Assembly: GCA_025451595.1 (NCBI GenBank)
Contig: JANWKD010000074.1
Span: forward strand, 1-24,564
DNA from: Candidatus Babeliales bacterium
Lineage (GTDB): Bacteria; Babelota; Babeliae; Babelales; JANWKD01
DNA: 24,564 nt
Reading direction: 5' to 3'
This document shows positions 23,348 to 24,564 of the stretch, one piece after another (position 1 is the stretch's first letter; every line of letters begins with the position of its first letter). The translations under genes and the position numbers were made by a program. The notes beneath the pieces were generated by a model, which did no database searches, was not told the origin of the DNA, and saw only the letters and a program-made list of their open reading frames with translations.

Positions 23348-24337
23348 ATGGAAACGCAAATTATAGATATTCACTCACCTGATCAGATTACGCAAGAGGT
23401 TTCTCGTTTTCAATTATTGCAGAACGAAGTAGCAAAAGTAATTGTAGGGCAAGAAGAAGCTATTACTTTTATACTTATTGGTATTTTATGCAACGGACAT
23501 GTACTGCTTGAGGGTGTACCTGGAATTGCAAAAACTACAATGATAAAAGCGATTACAAAAGCTCTTGGTCTTGATTTTAAACGAATTCAATTTACGCCAG
23601 ATTTATTACCTTCTGATCTTATTGGAACATTAATTTATAATCCTAAAACTCAAGATTTTGAAACAAAAAAAGGACCTATTTTTGCCAACTTAATTTTAGC
23701 AGATGAGATAAATAGAAGTCCTGCAAAAGTACAGTCCGCTTTGCTTGAGGCGATGCAAGAGAATCAAGTTACGATTGGCTCAACTACCTTTACGCTCGAA
23801 AAACCATTTTTGGTATTTGCAACACAAAATCCTATCGAGCAAGAAGGAACCTATCAACTACCCGAAGCTCAAGTAGATCGCTTTATGTTCAAAATAGTTA
23901 TGGGCTATCCAAGTGCCGAACAAGAAAAAAAGATTATTTTACGATCTAACGAAGTTTCATATTTGCAACAAATTATCTCCAGAGAGTATATTTTTGAAGC
24001 GCAAAAAATAGTAAGTAGTATATATATTGACGATCGAGTAGTTGATTATATTGTTTCACTTATACATGCCACGAGAAAACCCGAACAATACAAGTTACAA
24101 ACTATTAAAAAGTACTTTGAGGCTGGCGCTTCTCCACGTGCGACAATTGCACTGTATAATGCAAGCAAAGCGTATGCTTTTTTAAAAAATCGCCGGTATG
24201 TCACACCAGATGATGTAAAAGCGGTGGTGACTGCTGTTTTGCGGCATCGCATTACTCTATCTTCAGAGGCACACGCAGATAGAATAAATCCTGACGAGTT
24301 GATTCGAATTATGTTAAACACCGTACCTGCGCCATAA
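23348..24337 (+). CDS. moxR: MoxR-family AAA+ ATPase
   Basis: GHVLLEGVPGIAKT, RIQFTPDLLPSD, GPIFANLILADEINRSPAKVQSALLEAMQE, ATQNPIEQEGTY.LPEAQ.DRF, GASPRA. Confidence 0.95.
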   Translation: METQIIDIHSPDQITQEVSRFQLLQNEVAKVIVGQEEAITFILIGILCNGHVLLEGVPGIAKTTMIKAITKALGLDFKRIQFTPDLLPSDLIGTLIYNPKTQDFETKKGPIFANLILADEINRSPAKVQSALLEAMQENQVTIGSTTFTLEKPFLVFATQNPIEQEGTYQLPEAQVDRFMFKIVMGYPSAEQEKKIILRSNEVSYLQQIISREYIFEAQKIVSSIYIDDRVVDYIVSLIHATRKPEQYKLQTIKKYFEAGASPRATIALYNASKAYAFLKNRRYVTPDDVKAVVTAVLRHRITLSSEAHADRINPDELIRIMLNTVPAP

Positions 24338-24340
24338 ACT

Positions 24341-24466
24341 ATGCAAAGAATAGCCTTTATACTATTTTTCATTTATGCTTTTTTAGTTGACACATTTAAC
24401 TTGACAAAATTAAAACATCCTGAGTATTGTTTGAGAATAAAAATTAAAAAAGGAAAGCATGAATGA
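24341..24466 (+). CDS. Possible 41-aa small hydrophobic protein
   Basis: MQRIAFILFFIYAFLVDTFNLTKLKHPEYCLRIKIKKGKHE; starts 3 nt after the moxR stop, and its TGA overlaps the next ATG (ATGA 24463-24466). No RBS; may be chance. Confidence 0.3.
   Translation: MQRIAFILFFIYAFLVDTFNLTKLKHPEYCLRIKIKKGKHE
24401..24430 (+). promoter_or_regulatory. Putative sigma70 promoter for the last gene
   Basis: TTGACA (24401-24406), 18-nt spacer, TATTGT (24425-24430); a second TTGACA at 24387-24392. Confidence 0.45.
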
Positions 24467-24564
24467 AACATCCATTCTGGCTTTTAAATATTACACTCCT
24501 AGCTTCATTTTTTCTAATGATAGGGTTTATATTTTTTTCTCAACAGAGAATCCCCAGAATTATT
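24463..24564 (+). CDS. 5' end of a membrane-anchored protein, runs off the window (GspC-like N-terminus is a weak possibility)
   Basis: AGGA RBS 8 nt upstream; MKHPFWLLNITLLASFFLMIGFIFFSQQRIPRII is a single TM anchor. Too short to identify. Confidence 0.6.
   Translation, partial: MKHPFWLLNITLLASFFLMIGFIFFSQQRIPRII

Overview
AT-rich bacterial window. The gene content (many signal-peptide-bearing ankyrin, toxin and orphan proteins between compact housekeeping genes) suggests an intracellular, protist-associated bacterium, most plausibly Candidatus Dependentiae/Babeliales (TM6). That assignment is inference and was not tested by any search. Left to right: (1) a 5'-truncated gene and a translationally coupled 1434-aa secreted giant protein, which by eye share a hydrophobic helix + coiled coil + ConA/LamG-like beta-sandwich module; (2) four tandem paralogous minus-strand genes encoding signal peptide + helical LPxxL repeats + C-terminal ankyrin repeats; (3) uvrC (lacking the C-terminal HhH domains) coupled to clpB, then a terminator; (4) an accessory block with a PH-like membrane protein, a secreted double-glycine precursor with a hydrophobic tail, a Sec-exported Hint-domain/Ntox21 polymorphic toxin with its probable immunity gene and a degraded immunity fragment, two M48-like proteins without the HExxH motif, and a secreted protein ending in an IBR/Rcat-like Cys finger; (5) tpiA, secG, mlaE, mlaF, a MoxR AAA+ ATPase and the start of a membrane-anchored gene. 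I found no rRNA, tRNA, CRISPR array or transposase. The best candidate for an undescribed system is the coupled paralogous giant pair at 2-5889, a possible multi-component membrane-inserting or translocating apparatus. All family calls come from motif recognition by eye, without database searches.
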